DNA from: Mantamonas sphyraenae STR306
Taxonomy: Eukaryota; Protista; CRuMs
Assembly: GCA_026936335.1 (NCBI GenBank)
Contig: JAPMXV010000070.1
Span: 239,351-303,350 of the forward strand
Length of the DNA: 64,000 nt
Direction of reading: 5' to 3'
This document shows, piece after piece, positions 46,004 to 59,774 of the stretch. Positions within the stretch are counted from its first letter, which is position 1. Each line of letters begins with the position of its first letter. A program made the translations under genes and the position numbers. The notes beneath the pieces were generated by a model. The model had not been told where the DNA came from. It saw only the letters and a program-made list of their open reading frames with translations, and ran no database searches.

Positions 46004-48304
46004 ATGGTTGATTGGGTGGAACTGCTGGAGAGTGGAGATCATGAACGGATTTGCAGGGCACTGGAGGCAGAGGGAGAGGTGGGTTGGGACTGGGACGCAG
46101 AGTGACGTCGTGGGGCAACAACGGAGTGTGTGCTGACACGCGGGGCACAGGAAACGAATATTGATGACGATGTTGCGCTGGAAGACAATGATGTAGTAGC
46201 GCTGGCCAAGGCGCTAAGGAAGAACAGCACCTTGAAGACACTGCTGCTCGGGGGGAACAGCATCGGAACACAAGGAGCAGCAGCACTCGGGCAGGCACTG
46301 TGTGAGAACAGCAGCTTGCAGACCTTGGACCTCAGCTACAACTGCATCGGAGCAGAAGGAGCAGGAGCACTGGGGCAGGCACTGAGTGAGAACAACAGCT
46401 TGCAGACACTGAACCTCAACGGTAACAGGATCGGGGCAGAAGGCGTAGCAGCACTGGGGCAGGGACTGAGTAAGAACAGCAGCTTACAGGCATTGAGTCT
46501 TTGGGATACCAGCATCGGGGATGAAGGAGCCGCAGCACTGGCGCAGGCGCTGAGTGACAACAACAGCTTGCAGACACTGAACCTCAGGAGCAACAGCATC
46601 GCCGGCGAGGGAACAGCAGCACTGGTGAAGGGACTGTGTGAGAACCTCAGCTTGCAAGTACTGGACCTCTGGGACAACAGCATCGGTGTAGAAGGAGCAG
46701 CAGTGCTGGCGCAGGGACTGAGGGTGAACAGCAGCTTGCGGACACTAACCCTTGGTAGAAACAGTATCGGAGCAGAAGGAGCAGTTGCACTTGCTCGGGC
46801 ACTGAGTGAGAACAGCACCTTGCAGACACTGAATCTCTGGGACAACAGCGTCGGGGATGAAGGAGCCGCAGCGCTTGAGCAGGCACTCAGTGAGAACAAC
46901 AGCTTGCAGACACTGGTCCTTAGGAACAACAGCATTGCAGACGAGGGAGCAGCAGCACTAGCGAAGGGACTGTGCAAGAACAGCAGGTTGCAAACACTGG
47001 ACCTCGGGAGCAACAGCATCGGGGCAGAGGGAACAGCAGCGCTGGCGCATGCGCTGAATGAGAACAACTGCTTGCATCGACTGAATCTCAACAACAACAG
47101 CATCGAGGCAGAAGGAGCAGCAGCACTGGCACGGGGATTGCGGGTGAACAGCAGCTTGCAGACGCTGAATCTCTGGGACAACAGCATCGGGGATGAAGGA
47201 GCCGCAGCACTTGAGCAGGCACTCAGTGAGAACAACAGCTTGCAGACACTGAACCTCAGGAACAACAGCATCGCAGGCGAGGGAGCAGCGGCACTGGCGA
47301 AGGGATTGTGTGAGAACAGCAGCTTGCAAACACTGGACCTCGGGAACAACAGCATCGGGGCAGAAGGAGCAGCAGTGCTGGCGCATGCGCTGAATGAGAA
47401 CAACTGCCTGCAGACACTGGACCTCAACAACAACAGCGTTGAGGCAGAAGGAGCAGCATCACTGGCGCAGGCACTGAATGGGAGCAGCTTGCAGACACTG
47501 AGCCTCAGCTACAACAGCATCGAGGACGAAGGAGCCGCAGCACTGGCGCAGGCACTGAATGGGAGCAGCTTGCAGACACTGAACCTCAGGAACAACAGTA
47601 TCGGGGCAGAAGGGGCAGCAGCAATGGCACAGGCACTGAGCGAGAGCAGCTTGCAGACACTGGACCTCAACAACAACAGCATTGTGGACGAAGGAGCAGC
47701 GGCAATTGCACGGGGATTGCGGGTGAACCGCAGCTTGCAGACACTGAACCTCAGGAGCAACAACATCGGTGCAGAAGGAGCAGCAGCACTGACAGAGGCG
47801 ATGGAAGTCAATAGGTCGTGCTGCAGCATCGAGGACGTTCACGGTGACGCGTTGGAGTCACTGTTGGAGAGAAACAGGAATCAGCATGAAGAGTTTGTGG
47901 AATGTGGGGATGTGGAGAAGATGGCTGCGTTGAAGGAGTGGGGTGTGCCTGTGGACACCTTTGCAGGGGTTAGGGGGAGGAAAACTGCGCTGGAGAGGGC
48001 AGTGAAGCGTGGGGATGAGAGGATTGTGGATGTGCTGCGGGCTTGGGGTGCGAAGCCAAGGGTGAGAACGGTGGAGATGGTGAGGGAGGAAGGGTGGAGG
48101 AAGGCGTGGCATTGGATTGGATGGGTTGGACAGGTGGATGAAGCGATGGAGGTGGCGTTGGTGATGAATGGGGAGGAGAGGGAGGCGATGTTTGCGTGCG
48201 GTGGGATGGAGGAGTATGTGGAGGAGGGAGGGTGGGAAGGGTGGGTGACACTGCCAGATGAGGTGATGGAGAGGGTGATTGGGTGGGTAGGGAGGAAAGT
48301 GTGA
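46004..48304 (+). CDS. RI/NLR-type LRR protein copy 1 (19 LRRs + ankyrin-like element + C-terminal F-box-like module); intron 46079-46150
   Basis: 28-aa NxxLxxLxLxxNxIxxEGAxxLxxxL repeats; exon 1 MVDWVELLESGDHERICRALEAEGE. Confidence 0.92.
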
Positions 48305-48989
48305 GGTGGGAGGGGAATGAAACGGTGGTTTCGAGGTGGTGACGACACTGCCGACGTTCGGCTGGGGCAATGCTCTGCGTGCGCGCACCATTGGGTTGCA
48401 GACGAATGCTGGTCAACGCAGTCAACGCAGTCAACGCATTCGGTGCTTTGGGTGGCAGCAGCCTCCCTGGTCGATGCACGACAAACACAACTGAGAAAAG
48501 GAGATGGACCGACAAGGTGGGTTGATGACAAAGGTCGGGGTGTCGTTTTGTCAACGTTGGTGGTGGTGGGCAGCTGGGGCTGCGTTCAACCGGCTTCTTC
48601 CGTGTTGGCGGAAGGAGGGTGGATGGCGCCGAAGAACAAAGTGGCAAAGGAACGTCGTGCTGCCCCCCCACGCACCACAGAAGGCCAAGCCTCGGCAATA
48701 CATGCAGTGGTTGACTGCACGATGCGTAGGACGACGCATCGGGCAGTCAGGAAACAACAGGACGTCGGGGCTGGGTGGGGAGGGACTTGGATGTGCACAG
48801 GGTGCTTGGCAAGCACAGCAGCACAGCAGCATGCAACGCATCTAACAACCAGCACATGCTCACAGAATCTGAGGGTAGGTGAATTGGGTGGATGGAGAAC
48901 TTGTAGAGTGCCGCAGAAGGGGAGGAGAGAGAAAAGGAGGTGCGCACTGGCTCACAACAGGCAAAGCAGACGTAATGGGCCCGCTGGAG

Positions 48990-51129
48990 ATGGTTGATTG
49001 GGTGGAACTGCTGGAGAGTGGAGATCATGAACGGATTTGCAGGGCACTGGAGGCAGAGGGAGAGGTGGGTTGGGACTGGGACGCAGAGTGACGTCGGGGC
49101 AACAACGGAGTGTGTGCTGACACGCGGGGCACAGGAGACGAACATTGATGACGATGTTGCGCTGGAAGACAATGATGTGGTAGCGCTGGCCAAGGCGCTA
49201 AGGAAGAACAGCACCTTGAAGACACTGCTGCTCGGGGGGAAAAGCATCGGAGCACAAGGAGCAGCAGCACTCGGGCAGGCACTGTGTGAGAACAGCAGCT
49301 TGCAGACCTTGGACCTCAGCTACAACTGCATCGGAGCAGAAGGAGCAGGAGCACTGGGGCAGGCACTGAGTGAGAACAACAGCTTGCAGACACTGAATCT
49401 CTGGGGCAACAACATCGGTGATGAAGGAGCCGCAGCACTGGGGAAGGGACTGTGTGAGAACAGCAGCTTGCAGACGCTGAACATCGGGAGCAACAAAAGC
49501 ATCGGGGCACACGGAGCAGCAGCACTGGCGCAGGCGCTGAGTGGGAACAGCAGCTTGCAGACACTGAACCTCAACAGCAACAGCATCGAGGGAGAAGGAG
49601 CAGCAGCAATCGCACGCGGATTGCGGGTGAACAAAAGCTTGCAGACACTGAGGCTCGGGCACAACAGCATCGGGGACAAAGGAATAGAAGCACTGGGGCA
49701 GGCACTGTGTGAGAACAACAGCTTGCAGACCCTACAACTCGATTACAACGGCATCGGGACAGAAGGGACAGCAGCATTGGTGCAGGCTGTATGTGACAAC
49801 AGCAGCTTGCAGACACTTGACCTCAGGAACAACAGCATCGGGGACGAAGGAGCTGCAGCACTGGCGAAGGGACTGTGTGAGAACAGCAGCCTGTGTACAT
49901 TGGACCTTTGTAGCAACAACATCGGGGACAAAGGAGCAGCAGCACTTGCGCACGCACTGAGTGAGAACTCCAGCTTGCAGACTCTGGGCCTTAGCCACAA
50001 CAGCGTCGATGCAGAAGGAGCCGCAGCAATGGCACGCGGATTGAGGGTGAATAGCACCTTGCAGACACTAAACCTCGGCTACAACAGAATCGATGAAGAA
50101 GGAGCAGCAGCACTGGGGCAGGCACTGAGTGGGAGCAGCTTGCAGAGTCTGAGCCTCCACCACAACAACATCGGGGACAAAGGAGCAGCAGCACTGGCGC
50201 ACGCACTGAGTGAGAACAGCAGCCTCCAGATAATGGGCCTCAGCTACAGCAGCGTCGGTGCAGAAGGAGCCGCAGCCATTGGGCAGGCACTGAGTGGGAA
50301 CAGCAGCCTCCAGACCCTGGACCTCAGAAACAACAGCGTCGGTGCAGAAGGAGCAGCAGCACTGGCGCAGGGACTGAGTGAGAACAGCAGCTTGCAGACA
50401 CTGTACCTCACACACGCCAGCATTGGGGCAGAAGGAGCAGCTACACTAGCTCATGCACTGAGTGAGAACAGCAGCTTGCAGGCACTGGACCTCAACACTA
50501 ACAGAATCGGGGACGAAGGAGCAGCAGCACTGGCGCAGGCGCTGGGTGAGAACAACAGCTTGCAGACACTGCATCTCAGGAACAACAGAATCGGTCCAAA
50601 AGGAGCAGCCGCACTGACAAAGGCAATGGAAGTCAATAGGTCGTGCTGCAGCATCGATGACATTTACAGTCGGTCTTTGCAGTCGCTGTTGGAGAGAAAC
50701 TGGATTCAGCATGAAGAGTTTGTGGAAAGCAGGGATGTGGAGACAATGGCGGCGTTGAGGGAGTGGGGTGTGCCTGTGGACACATGTGCAGGGGATACAG
50801 GGACGATGACTGCCCTGGAGCGAGCAGTGGAGCGAGGGGATGAGAGGATTGTGGATGTGCTGCGGGCATGGGGTGCGAAGCCAAGGGTGAGAACGGTGGA
50901 GATGGTGAGGGAGGAAGGGTGGAGGAAGGCGTGGCATTGGATTGGATGGGTTGGACAGGTGGATGAAGCGATGGAGGTGGCGTTGGTGATGAATGGGGAG
51001 GAGAGGGAGGCGATGTTTGCGTGCGGTGGGATGGAGGAGTATGTGGAGGAGGGAGGGTGGGAAGGGTGGGTGACACTGCCAGATGAGGTGATGGAGAGGG
51101 TGATTGGGTGGGTAGGGAGGAAAGTGTGA
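48990..51129 (+). CDS. LRR protein copy 2 (17 LRRs); intron 49065-49134
   Basis: As copy 1; most divergent repeat set. Confidence 0.92.
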
Positions 51130-51821
51130 GGTGGGAGGGGAATGAAACGGTGGTTTCGAGGTGGTGACGACACTGCCGACGTTCGGCTGGGGCAATGCTC
51201 TGCGTGCGCGCACCATTGGGTTGCAGACGAATGCTGGTCAACGCAGTCAACGCAGTCAACGCATTCGGTGCTTTGGGTGGCAGCAGCCTCCCTGGTCGAT
51301 GCACGACAAACACAACTGAGAAAAGGAGATGGACCGACAAGGTGGGTTGATGACAAAGGTCGGGGTGTCGTTTTGTCAACGTTGGTGGTGGTGGGCAGCT
51401 GGGGCTGCGTTCAACCGGCTTCTTCCGTGTTGGCGGAAGGAGGGTGGATGGCGCCGAAGAACAAAGTGGCAAAGGAACGTCGTGCTGCCCCCCCACGCAC
51501 CACAGAAGGCCAAGCCTCGGCAATACATGCAGTGGTTGACTGCACGATGCGTAGGACGACGCATCGGGCAGTCAGGAAACAACAGGACGTCGGGGCTGGG
51601 TGGGGAGGGAGTTGGGTGTGCACAGGGTGCTTGGCAAGCACAGCAGCACAGCAGCATGCAACGCATCTAACAACCAGCACATGCTCACAGAATCTGAGGG
51701 TAGGTGAATTGGGTGGATGGAGAACGTGTAGAGTGCCGCAGAAGGGAAAGGGGAAAGAGAGGGAAAGGGAGGTGCGCATTGGCTCACAACAGGCAAAGCA
51801 GACGTAACGGGCCCGCTGGAG

Positions 51822-54545
51822 ATGGTTGATTGGGTGGAACTGCTGGAGAGTGGAGATCATGAACGGATTTGCAGGGCACTGGAGGCAGAGGGAGAGGTGG
51901 GTTGGGACTGGGACGCAGAGTGACGTCGTGGGGCAACAACGGAGTGTGTGCTGACACGCGGGGCACAGGAAACGAATATTGATGACGATGTTGCGCTGGA
52001 AGACAATGATGTAGTAGCGCTGGCCAAGGCGCTAAGGAAGAACAGCACCTTGAAGACACTGCTGCTCGGGGGGAAAAGCATCGGAGCACAAGGAGCAGCA
52101 GCACTCGGGCAGGCACTGTGTGAGAACAGCAGCTTGCAGACCTTGGACCTCAGCTACAACTGCATCGGAGCAGAAGGAGCAGGAGCACTGGGGCAGGCAC
52201 TGAGTGAGAACAACAGCTTGCAGACACTGAATCTCTGGGGCAACAACATCGGTGATGAAGGAGCCGCAGCACTGGGACAGGCACTGAGTGAGAACAACAG
52301 CTTGCAGACACTGAACCTCAACGGTAACAGGATCGGGGCAGAAGGCGTAGCAGCACTGGGGCAGGGACTGAGTAAGAACAGCAGCTTACAGGCATTGAGT
52401 CTTTGGGATACCAGCATCGGGGATGAAGGAGCCGCAGCACTGGCGCAGGCGCTGAGTGACAACAACAGCTTGCAGACACTGAACCTCAGGAGCAACAGCA
52501 TCGCCGGCGAGGGAGCAGCAGCACTAGCGAAGGGACTGTGCAAGAACAGCAGGTTGCAAACACTGGACCTCGGGAGCAACAGCATCGGGGCAGAGGGAAC
52601 AGCAGCGCTGGCGCATGCGCTGAATGAGAACAACTGCTTGCATCGACTGAATCTCAACAACAACAGCATCGAGGCAGAAGGAGCAGCAGCACTGGCACGG
52701 GGATTGCGGGTGAACAGCAGCTTGCAGACGCTGAATCTCTGGGACAACAGCATCGGGGATGAAGGAGCCGCAGCGCTTGAGCAGGCACTCAGTGAGAACA
52801 ACAGCTTGCAGACACTGGTCCTTAGGAACAACAGCATTGCAGACGAGGGAGCAGCAGCACTAGCGAAGGGACTGTGCAAGAACAGCAGGTTGCAAACACT
52901 GGACCTCGGGAGCAACAGCATCGGGGCAGAGGGAACAGCAGCGCTGGCGCATGCGCTGAATGAGAACAACTGCTTGCATCGACTGAATCTCAACAACAAC
53001 AGCATCGAGGCAGAAGGAGCAGCAGCACTGGCACGGGGATTGCGGGTGAACAGCAGCTTGCAGACGCTTAATCTCTGGGACAACAGCATCGGGGATGAAG
53101 GAGCCGCAGCACTTGAGCAGGCACTCAGTGAGAACAACAGCTTGCAGACACTGGTCCTTAGGAACAACAGCATTGCAGACGAGGGAGCAGCAGCACTAGC
53201 GAAGGGACTGTGCAAGAACAGCAGGTTGCAAACACTGGACCTCGGGAGCAACAGCATCGGGGCAGAGGGAACAGCAGCGCTGGCGCATGCGCTGAATGAG
53301 AACAACTGCTTGCATCGACTGAATCTCAACAACAACAGCATCGAGGCAGAAGGAGCAGCAGCACTGGCACGGGGATTGCGGGTGAACAGCAGCTTGCAGA
53401 CGCTGAATCTCTGGGACAACAGCATCGGGGATGAAGGAGCCGCAGCACTTGAGCAGGCACTCAGTGAGAACAACAGCTTGCAGACACTGAACCTCAGGAA
53501 CAACAGCATCGCAGGCGAGGGAGCAGCGGCACTGGCGAAGGGATTGTGTGAGAACAGCAGCTTGCAAACACTGGACCTCGGGAGCAACAGCATCGGGGCA
53601 GAAGGAGCAGCAGCACTGGCGCATGCGCTGAATGAGAACAACTGCCTGCAGACACTGGACCTCAACAACAACAGCATCGGGGCAGAAGGAGCAGCATCAC
53701 TGGCGCAGGCGCTGAGTGGGAGCAGCTTGCAGACACTGAGCCTCAGCTACAACAGCATCGAGGACGAAGGAGCCGCAGCACTGGCGCAGGCACTGAATGG
53801 GAGCAGCTTGCAGACACTGAACCTCAGGAACAACAGTATCGGGGCAGAAGGGGCAGCAGCAATGGCACAGGCACTGAGCGAGAGCAGCTTGCAGACACTG
53901 GACCTCAACAACAACAGCATTGTGGACGAAGGAGCAGCGGCAATTGCACGGGGATTGCGGGTGAACCGCAGCTTGCAGACACTGAACCTCAGGAGCAACA
54001 ACATCGGTGCAGAAGGAGCAGCAGCACTGACAGAGGCGATGGAAGTCAATAGGTCGTGCTGCAGCATCGAGGACGTTCACGGTGACGCGTTGGAGTCACT
54101 GTTGGAGAGAAACAGGAATCAGCATGAAGAGTTTGTGGAATGTGGGGATGTGGAGAAGATGGCTGCGTTGAAGGAGTGGGGTGTGCCTGTGGACACCTTT
54201 GCAGGGGTTAGGGGGAGGAAAACTGCACTGGAGAGAGCAGTGAAGCGAGGGGATGAGAGGATTGTGGATGTGCTGCGGGCTTGGGGTGCGAAGCCAAGGG
54301 TGAGAACGGTGGCGATGGTGATGGAGGAAGGGTGGAGGAAGGCGTGGCATTGGATTGGATGGGTTGGACAGGTAGATGAAGCGATGGAGGTGGCGTTGGT
54401 GATGAATGGGGAGGAGAGGGAGGCGATGTTTGCGTGTGGTGGGATGGAGGAGTATGTGGAGGAAGGAGGGTGGGAAGGGTGGGCGACACTGCCGGATGAG
54501 GTGATGGAGAGGGTGATTGGGTGGGTGGGGAGGGGAGGGTGGTGA
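51822..54545 (+). CDS. LRR protein copy 3 (24 LRRs); intron 51897-51968
   Basis: As copy 1; contains a 4-LRR (336-bp) block repeated about 3 times. Confidence 0.92.
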
Positions 54546-54831
54546 TGGTGTGGCGGAAGGAAAAACGACAGCGACTGGGAGTGTCTTTTCCGTTGTCATT
54601 GTCGCCGTCGTTGTGGTCGTCGTTGCACCTGGCGCGTCGCACGTCGGCGTGGCCTCCAGCTGCCTGCTGCTTCTACTGGTGTCCCCGCTCTCATCCTGCA
54701 ACGAAAGACTCCGTGTTGCGTCTGCTTCTGCTTGCACGGTGTTTTGCGAACACCGCGCTGTGTAGTTGAAAAGCAACACTCTCTCTTGCGCGCGCGGATG
54801 CACGAGAACCCGAGCCCCAGGCGGAATTGAC

Positions 54832-57800
54832 ATGGCCCCAGGACTGTTCAGATCGTTTCCATGCACAGGGGTGCTCTGCGTGCTTCTCGTTGTGTCGTAT
54901 GTGGCTGGAGCAGGGCACCTGAACGAGTTTGGGAAACCTGCGCTCTCGAGTCTGGACAGGTCTGCCCACTCGTACACACTGCGCCCAGGGCGCATTGTCG
55001 ACATTGAAACGCCTCTTGGAGACAACATGATCCGCGTGGAGCGAATGGGTGGCAACTGGTAGGTTGCGGGTTCCGTGCGGACACATTGGAGGCGCACTCC
55101 CACACTGCGGCAAACCCGTGCCCCTCCATGCTCAGAGGAGGAAGACGGCTGCGGCGGAGATACGCTGACCCGCAACATTTCGCAACAGTGGAAGCGCCCC
55201 GTTGGATTTGCTGTTCGCGTGCAGCCCAGGTGCAGGGGGGATTTCGGAGACAAAGTGGTCCGTTTTGGAAACCAAATTTGGCACGATTTCGTTCGGCGGC
55301 CTAAGCGCTGCTCTGCATCGGCAGGGCGGACACAGATGTGCGAAAGAGGCCCAACACTTTGCGTTGAGAGTGCTCGGAGAGTCTGAAAGCGGTGAGACAG
55401 CACAGTGTAGCGAAAGGGTGGTGGTGCGGCAGGAAGAGGGCAGCTCATCCTTCACGCAACACAGCTCGCGTGCAAACGCGATGAGGAGCAGCCCCACGCT
55501 GGTTTTAGACACTGTGATCAACATGACGCTGTGGGGCACTGTGAATGTGGATCGGCGCACGCCGGAAGGTCTGTATGACATTCGCGTGTCCGTCACACCA
55601 CAGCAGGCGTGTTCTGCTGGCTCCTTCGTATCGATGAGATACGGACTGGATTGCACGGGTGGCGCAAGTCTGTGCTTGCCGCAAGGTGACGCACAGTACG
55701 CCGACGTGGACCAGGATGGCAGGACGACCACAAAGACCTTTTCCTTTGTGAAATTCAACTACCAAACTCGCGGTGGCCTGTCCATCTCAAATTGTGGGTG
55801 CACAGGTGGTGCATCGGGCTTGGGGTCCGTCCCATGGCGCATTTCCGGGGACATCAACCACCGAGTCGCAATTACGCTCCTGGGAGCACAGGCATGTCTC
55901 GTACGCGTCCAAGCGTTCGTTACACCTTCATGCAAGTGTGTTCTGGGTGGGGAACAGTCCTGCAAAGCCGACAGCAGCTGTGCATGTCCGCTGGGGGTCA
56001 CCGGGGCGTACTGCAACACCCCATTGCCCAACCCTGTGCCAGAAGTGGTGAACAACGCATCGAGGGCAACGCTGACGTCCAACATGGGATCTATGGATGC
56101 GTTCTGGGTGCAAGTTTCACGGTCAAACACGCAGGTGCAAGTGCAAGCCATCAGTTTGCGCAACGAGTGGGGGGACAAGTCCGACAACGATAGAAACAAC
56201 GAAGGAACGGCTGTCATCCTGGCCAAGTGGGGCTCCATGCCCACCATCAACCAAACCACCTTGAGTGCCATCACGATTCCCATCGTGGCCGACTTTGAGT
56301 GCAGCGATTGCGACTTTCGGTTGCGCGGACCCTTCGTGGACGGCCTCAACCTCACCCTGAAAGGATCAGACATTCCGAATGGCAAGGAAAATGAGCGACT
56401 CTACGTGGCCATGGGGCTTGTGGGCGAGTTTATTCCGACCACCCGCAAGTACTTGCGCAAGGTGACCGTGGAAGATTCATTCGGGGGCATTGTGTCCACG
56501 GTGTACTTCATGCTGTTTGGCGTGTCCGTTGCGTTTGTGCTGTTCAGCTTGATTGCGAATCGCAACCCACAGGTGCCTCTCCTGAAGGCCGAAGAGCTCC
56601 TCGGCGGGCTAATCGCCCGCATGGAGCACAAACTGTTGTACAACATGAGAGTGTCAGGCGTCAATCGGCACATACACGCCCTTGAGCAGGAAGATCGTAC
56701 TGCGGCGCGCCATCGAAAGGCCGAGAGCGAGCGCAAGGCTGCAGCAAAAACAGCTGGCGTGGAGATGGGCAAAGTGGGAGCGGCCGAAGCGGCAGTTGAG
56801 GCAGGCGACTTGGATATTGAGCTGAAGGACGACACTGTGAGTGGTGGTGCTGGTGGTGGAAGCACGGTGGGCTTCTGGACGGGCCTGGTTGTTGTGATTT
56901 TCAACATGGTTTCTCTGCTGGCCGGGGTGGTGAAGACAGTGTTCAACATCTCGTTGATGGCATCTTCATTCAGCAAGGTGTTGCCGGGGTACCGTGTGGA
57001 CCTGGTGTACGCTCAGTTCTCCCTGGCGCTGGAGCTCGGACCTCTCGGCGATTTAGCGCAGCTTTTTCTGGACACACTGCGGTCCCTGGACTTTACCATC
57101 TGGGCCAACGAGTGGAACTGTGGTGGGCTGTCATCGTTGCTGTCTCCCCTGTTCCTGCTGCTGGGGATGCTCCTGTTGCGGGTGATGTTGAAGCGCGACG
57201 TGCTGCTGCTACTTTCGATGTTTTTCAAGAGCCTCAAGAAGCGACAAGGAGGGGCCATTGGCAAAGCAGCGTCGACGTTGGCCGGAAACCTGGTGGTCGG
57301 TGGCGTTTTCTACCTGACACAGATCATCATTGCAACAATTGGGGACATGAGTTTGTCGCTGGGGGGCGTTCGCAATTGTGGGGACGACGACCTGGCTGCA
57401 CGGCAGATGGGCTCTGTGTTGATGGTGATCATGCTGGTTGTGTTTTTCGTCACCAACTTTGACATGTTTTCGGGCACGGACTGGAAGTGGCAGAACAGGC
57501 GCTACATGGGGGAATATTCGCCATGCAAGAAGGACGTGAAGCAACAGCACTGGATTGTTGTGGCGCTGGCCAACCTGTTTCCTATGGTTCTGATTGCGCG
57601 TGTCGTACGCGGACTGGAACGCCTGCTGAAGCTGAGTGTGGGTGTGTGGACGACGGACCAGGTGCGTGCGTTCAAGGTGCTTCCACGCTCGAACAAGTTT
57701 GATGACGACAAGTGGGATGTGGACAGTCAGCAGGAGCCCGTGGTGGCCACGGTGGGGCGTGCGGCATCGTTGGTGTGGCTGATGTTTCCAGGCCCACTGG

Positions 57801-58112
57801 TGGTGATTGGCAAGTTCACCGAGGCGTTGAACAACCCGCCTGTGTTTGATGTGGCAAAAAAAAAGCAAGCTGACGGAGGAGGAGGTGGAAGCGGGCATGG
57901 GTGAGGATGAGGAGGACATTGGCGTCAGCGAACCTTTGCTGCGCTTGCACACTCCCAAGTGGAGTCGTGCGGTGAAGTACGTCGCAAACATGATCAACAT
58001 GGCTGCAACTGTGCTCTTTGTGGTTTCTTTGGACTCGACGGTGCTGCTGGTTGCTTTGGGGGCCCTGGTTCCCGGTGCGATCATGGCCACCCTCGACGAT
58101 TTGCGAGGATGA
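54832..58112 (+). CDS. Cell-surface protein: signal peptide, Cys-rich/EGF-like ectodomain, multi-TM C-terminal region; intron 55059-55188; frameshift in the A9 run at 57856-57864
   Basis: EGF-like CKADSSCACPLGVTGAYC; several hydrophobic segments; tail continues in ORF 57846..58112. Confidence 0.7.
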
Positions 58113-58149
58113 CAGCTGCTGGGGAGCCTGGGCAAGGAGATCATGAGCG

Positions 58150-59774
58150 AGAGAGAGCGGCAGCGCCAAGGAGTGGGGCGTGAGCTTCACGGTGAGCCCG
58201 ACTGGGTACACGAAGGAGGGCGTGTTGGAGGACCATGGAGAAATGAAGGGCGAGTTTGACGCGTTCCAGGAGCGCCACAGCGCGTTTGGCAAGACGGAGG
58301 ACCAGCAGCTGGTGGAAGTGGCGACGAAATTTGTGCGCAAGAGCAAGCCCGACGGTGACCCGAGCGACATCAAGGACGTGACGTCGATTGCACCGAGCAA
58401 GGAGGAGCTGCTTGGCAACCGCGCTCTGTCGGACATGGACACGTCGTTGCTGCAGGAGCGCCTTGTGGTGCTGCAGCACATCAACGGCTCGATGAACGTG
58501 TTCCTGCCTCTTGTGGACCTGACGCAGATCGACACGCGCTTCAGCTTGGCAAACGACTTTTCGCGTGCGCGCGGCCTTGTCGCGGCATCTGTGGTATGGT
58601 CGGCACGTACTGCAGCGACTATCGCCCGGACATCACGATCAACCGCCAGAAGACGGTGGATCTGTGGGACCAGAAGCCGAGCGAGGAGACGCTGACGGGC
58701 AGTGTGTTTGGCCAGATTGCGGCAGCTCTCAAGACGCACGTGAAGAACCTGCGCCAGAGGCCGAGCAGCCAGGCGTGGCACGTGGACTTAAACGGCTAGT
58801 CGTTGATCGATGCAGGCGGACCGTACCGTGAGACGTTCTCGCAGATGATCCGCGAGATCCAGTCGCCGCACATCGACCTGCTTGTGCATGTGGGCAACTT
58901 TAAGAGCGACAACGGTATGCACCGTGACACGTTTGTGCCGAACCCGAGCGGCAAGGGCCAGGTGTACAAGGACCACTACCAGTTCCTGGGCAAGCTGATG
59001 GGCGTGGGTCTGCGCCAGAACATGACGATGGAGCTTGCGATGTCGCCTGTGTTCTGGAAGAAGCTGGTGCAGTTCCCGGTGACGCGTGCCGATCTGGTGG
59101 CCATGGACACGATGTGCGTGCAGTGCAAAGACGCCATCGTGGACATTGACAAGAAGGGCGTGACGTCGGAGATGTTTGGCGACGTGATTGACGTGACGTT
59201 CACGACGCATCTGACGGACGGTACAGAGGTGGAGCTTGTGGAGGGTGGCAAGCACAAGAAGGTGACGTTTGAGAACCGCCACGAGTACGTGCGCCTTGTG
59301 GAGCAGGCTCGTCTGAACGAGTTTGACACGCAGGTGGGCTGGATCCGCGAGGGTCTGGCGTGCATGGTGTCGGTGCGCCTGTTTTCGCTGTTTACGTGGC
59401 AGGACATCCAGCTGCGCATGTGCGGTGTTGCCGACGTGCCGGTGGAGCTGCTGAAGAAGCACACGTACTACAGCGGGTACACGAAGGACAGCGAGACGGT
59501 GAAGATGTTCTGGGAGTGCATGGAGAACTACATGCCGGAGGAGAGGCAGCTGTTCCTGCGCTTTGTGTGGGGCCGATCGCGTCTGCCGTTGGGCGAGGAC
59601 GCGAGCTACACGTTTACGCTGAGCACGGCGTACCGCAACACCGAGACTGCTCTGCCCGAGTCGCACACGTGCTCGTTCCAGCTGGATCTGCCGAGCTCGT
59701 ACGGCACCACCGAGGTGATGTCGCAGCGTCTGGCGTACGCGTTTTACAACTGCGCGGATGTGGACAACGACTAA
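58150..59774 (+). pseudogene. 5'-truncated HECT E3 ligase fragment with a frameshift (~58595) and a nonsense codon (58797-58799)
   Basis: G*SLIDAGGPYRE, FLRFVWGRSRLP and LPESHTCSFQLDLP (catalytic Cys). No convincing start; begins about 40 bp after the previous stop. Confidence 0.75.

Larger units (their letters stand above)
45337..54545 (+). repeat. Three-unit tandem gene array (units start at 45337, 48332 and 51157)
   Basis: A near-identical ~670-bp upstream block (cgaggtggtgacgacactgccg...) precedes each LRR gene. Confidence 0.95.

Noticed and set aside
48317-48997. ORFs in the conserved spacer of the LRR array
   Set aside because: Indels between the three copies change frame and there is no recognisable domain; conservation is explained by recent duplication.
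58797-58799. TAG at a conserved Glu suggesting UAG recoding
   Set aside because: RtcB ends at its conserved ...VIKG with TAG and RNase T2 also ends in TAG; the HECT locus has other lesions.
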